Positions 63,002 through 64,000 of a DNA stretch of 64,000 nt are shown one piece after another. Each line of letters starts with the position of its first letter. Position 1 is the first letter of the stretch. The notes beneath the pieces are model-generated. The model ran no database searches, was not told where the DNA came from, and saw only the letters and a program-made list of their open reading frames with translations. Source of the stretch: Mobula hypostoma (Eukaryota); NCBI RefSeq assembly GCF_963921235.1, contig NC_086097.1:251784001-251848000 (forward strand), written 5' to 3'. The translations under genes and the position numbers were made by a program.

Positions 63002-63144
63002 ATATAAGACGTTCCTTTCTGAGGATGCTGGACCCAACAGCCTGGTGGCTACCGTCCATGCCAAAGATCCTGATGGAGACAACGTCATTTACACAATCAC
63101 CGCTGGAAACCAAGAGAAAAATTTTGTGCTTGACAGCCAAAAAG
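63002..63144 (+). CDS. Cadherin gene exon E
   Basis: ccattcacag|A acceptor, AAG|gtaaag donor; YKTFLSEDAGPNSLVATVHAKDPDGDNVIYTITAGNQEKNFVLDSQK; phase 2 in, phase 1 out. Confidence 0.94.
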
Positions 63145-64000
63145 GTAAAGTTATACAAAGGATACATTTTGAAAGCAGAATACAGGGTTACTGGAAGGAT
63201 TCTTGGCAGTATGGATGAACAGAGGGATCTTGGGGTCCACGTCCATTGAACCCTCAAAGATTTTGCGCTAGTTGATAAAGGTAGTTAAGAAGGTGTTAAG
63301 TGAGTTGTCCTTCATTAGTCAGCAGATTGAGTTCCAGAACCGGGAGGTAATGTTGCAGCTCTGTAAAACCCTGGTTAGACCACAGTTGGAATATTGTGTT
63401 CAGTTCTGGGTATCTCATTAGAGGAAGGATGTGGAAGCTTTAGAGAGGGTGCAGAGGAGATTGTCCAGGATGCTGCTTGGATTTGAGAGCATGTCTTGTG
63501 AGGATAATTTGAGTGAGCTAGGGCTTTTCTCTGTGGGAAGAAGGAGAATAAGAAGTGACTTGATAGAGGTGTACATGATGGTAAGAGGCATAGACAGGGT
63601 GACCAGCCAGAGACTTTTTCCCAGGGTGGAAATAGTTAATACGAGGGGGCATCATTTTAAGGTGATTGGAGGAAAGTAAAGGGGGGTGTCAGAGGTAGTT
63701 TTTTGCATACAGAACACGCTACCGGGGCTGGATATAAAGGCAGCTACATTAGGGGAATTTAAGAAACTTTTAGATAGGCACATGAATGATAGAAAAATGG
63801 AGGTTATGTAGGGAGGAAGCGTTAGATTGATCGTGGAGTAGGTTAAAAGGTCAGCACAGCATTGTGGGTTGAGAGGCCTGTATACTGCTGCTTGACAACA
63901 AATTTCACGGCATATGACAGTGACATTAAACCTGAAGCTTATTCTGATCCAGTACTGTGCTGTAATGTGATATGTTCTATCTAGAGACTGGTTTGTTCAC

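Noticed and set aside
63025..63249. 74-aa ORF over exon E
   Set aside because: Wrong frame; the cadherin reading is in another frame bounded by splice sites
1..64000. Prokaryotic-type systems (retron, DGR, defence RT, operons)
   Set aside because: All RTs are eukaryotic non-LTR or Penelope types lying within spliceosomal introns

Overview
Eukaryotic, vertebrate DNA. The repeat complement (CR1/HER1-like LINEs, V-SINE/HE1-like SINEs, Neptune-type Penelope, Rex1/Babar, RTE) suggests a cartilaginous fish, probably a ray; this is inference. The window is mostly intron of one + strand gene. Five phase-compatible coding exons (11326-11551, 24892-25096, 39359-39470, 58707-58956, 63002-63144; 936 nt) splice into contiguous cadherin repeats that are colinear with Drosophila N-cadherin, pointing to a type III (neural-cadherin-like/cHz-like) classical cadherin. 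The introns are packed with nested retroelements. These include a full-length CR1 with both ORFs open (45257-49544), a partial-tandem Penelope-like element with a 13-bp TSD (17074-21654), a Gypsy relic, a solo LTR, Rex1, RTE, R4/Dong-like and Tc1 relics, and a 44-bp satellite at the left end. Main observations: (1) a U_UUA_AAC -1 frameshift heptamer at the CR1 ORF1/ORF2 junction, retained in three diverged copies; (2) motifs of three self-cleaving ribozyme classes (hammerhead, twister, HDV-like), with the twister and HDV-like cut sites matching element 5' ends; (3) near-identical inverted LINE copies bracketing two cadherin exons; (4) an in-frame duplicated splice acceptor. Repeat boundaries are approximate unless a TSD is cited. 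Family assignments come from motif recognition, not database searches.
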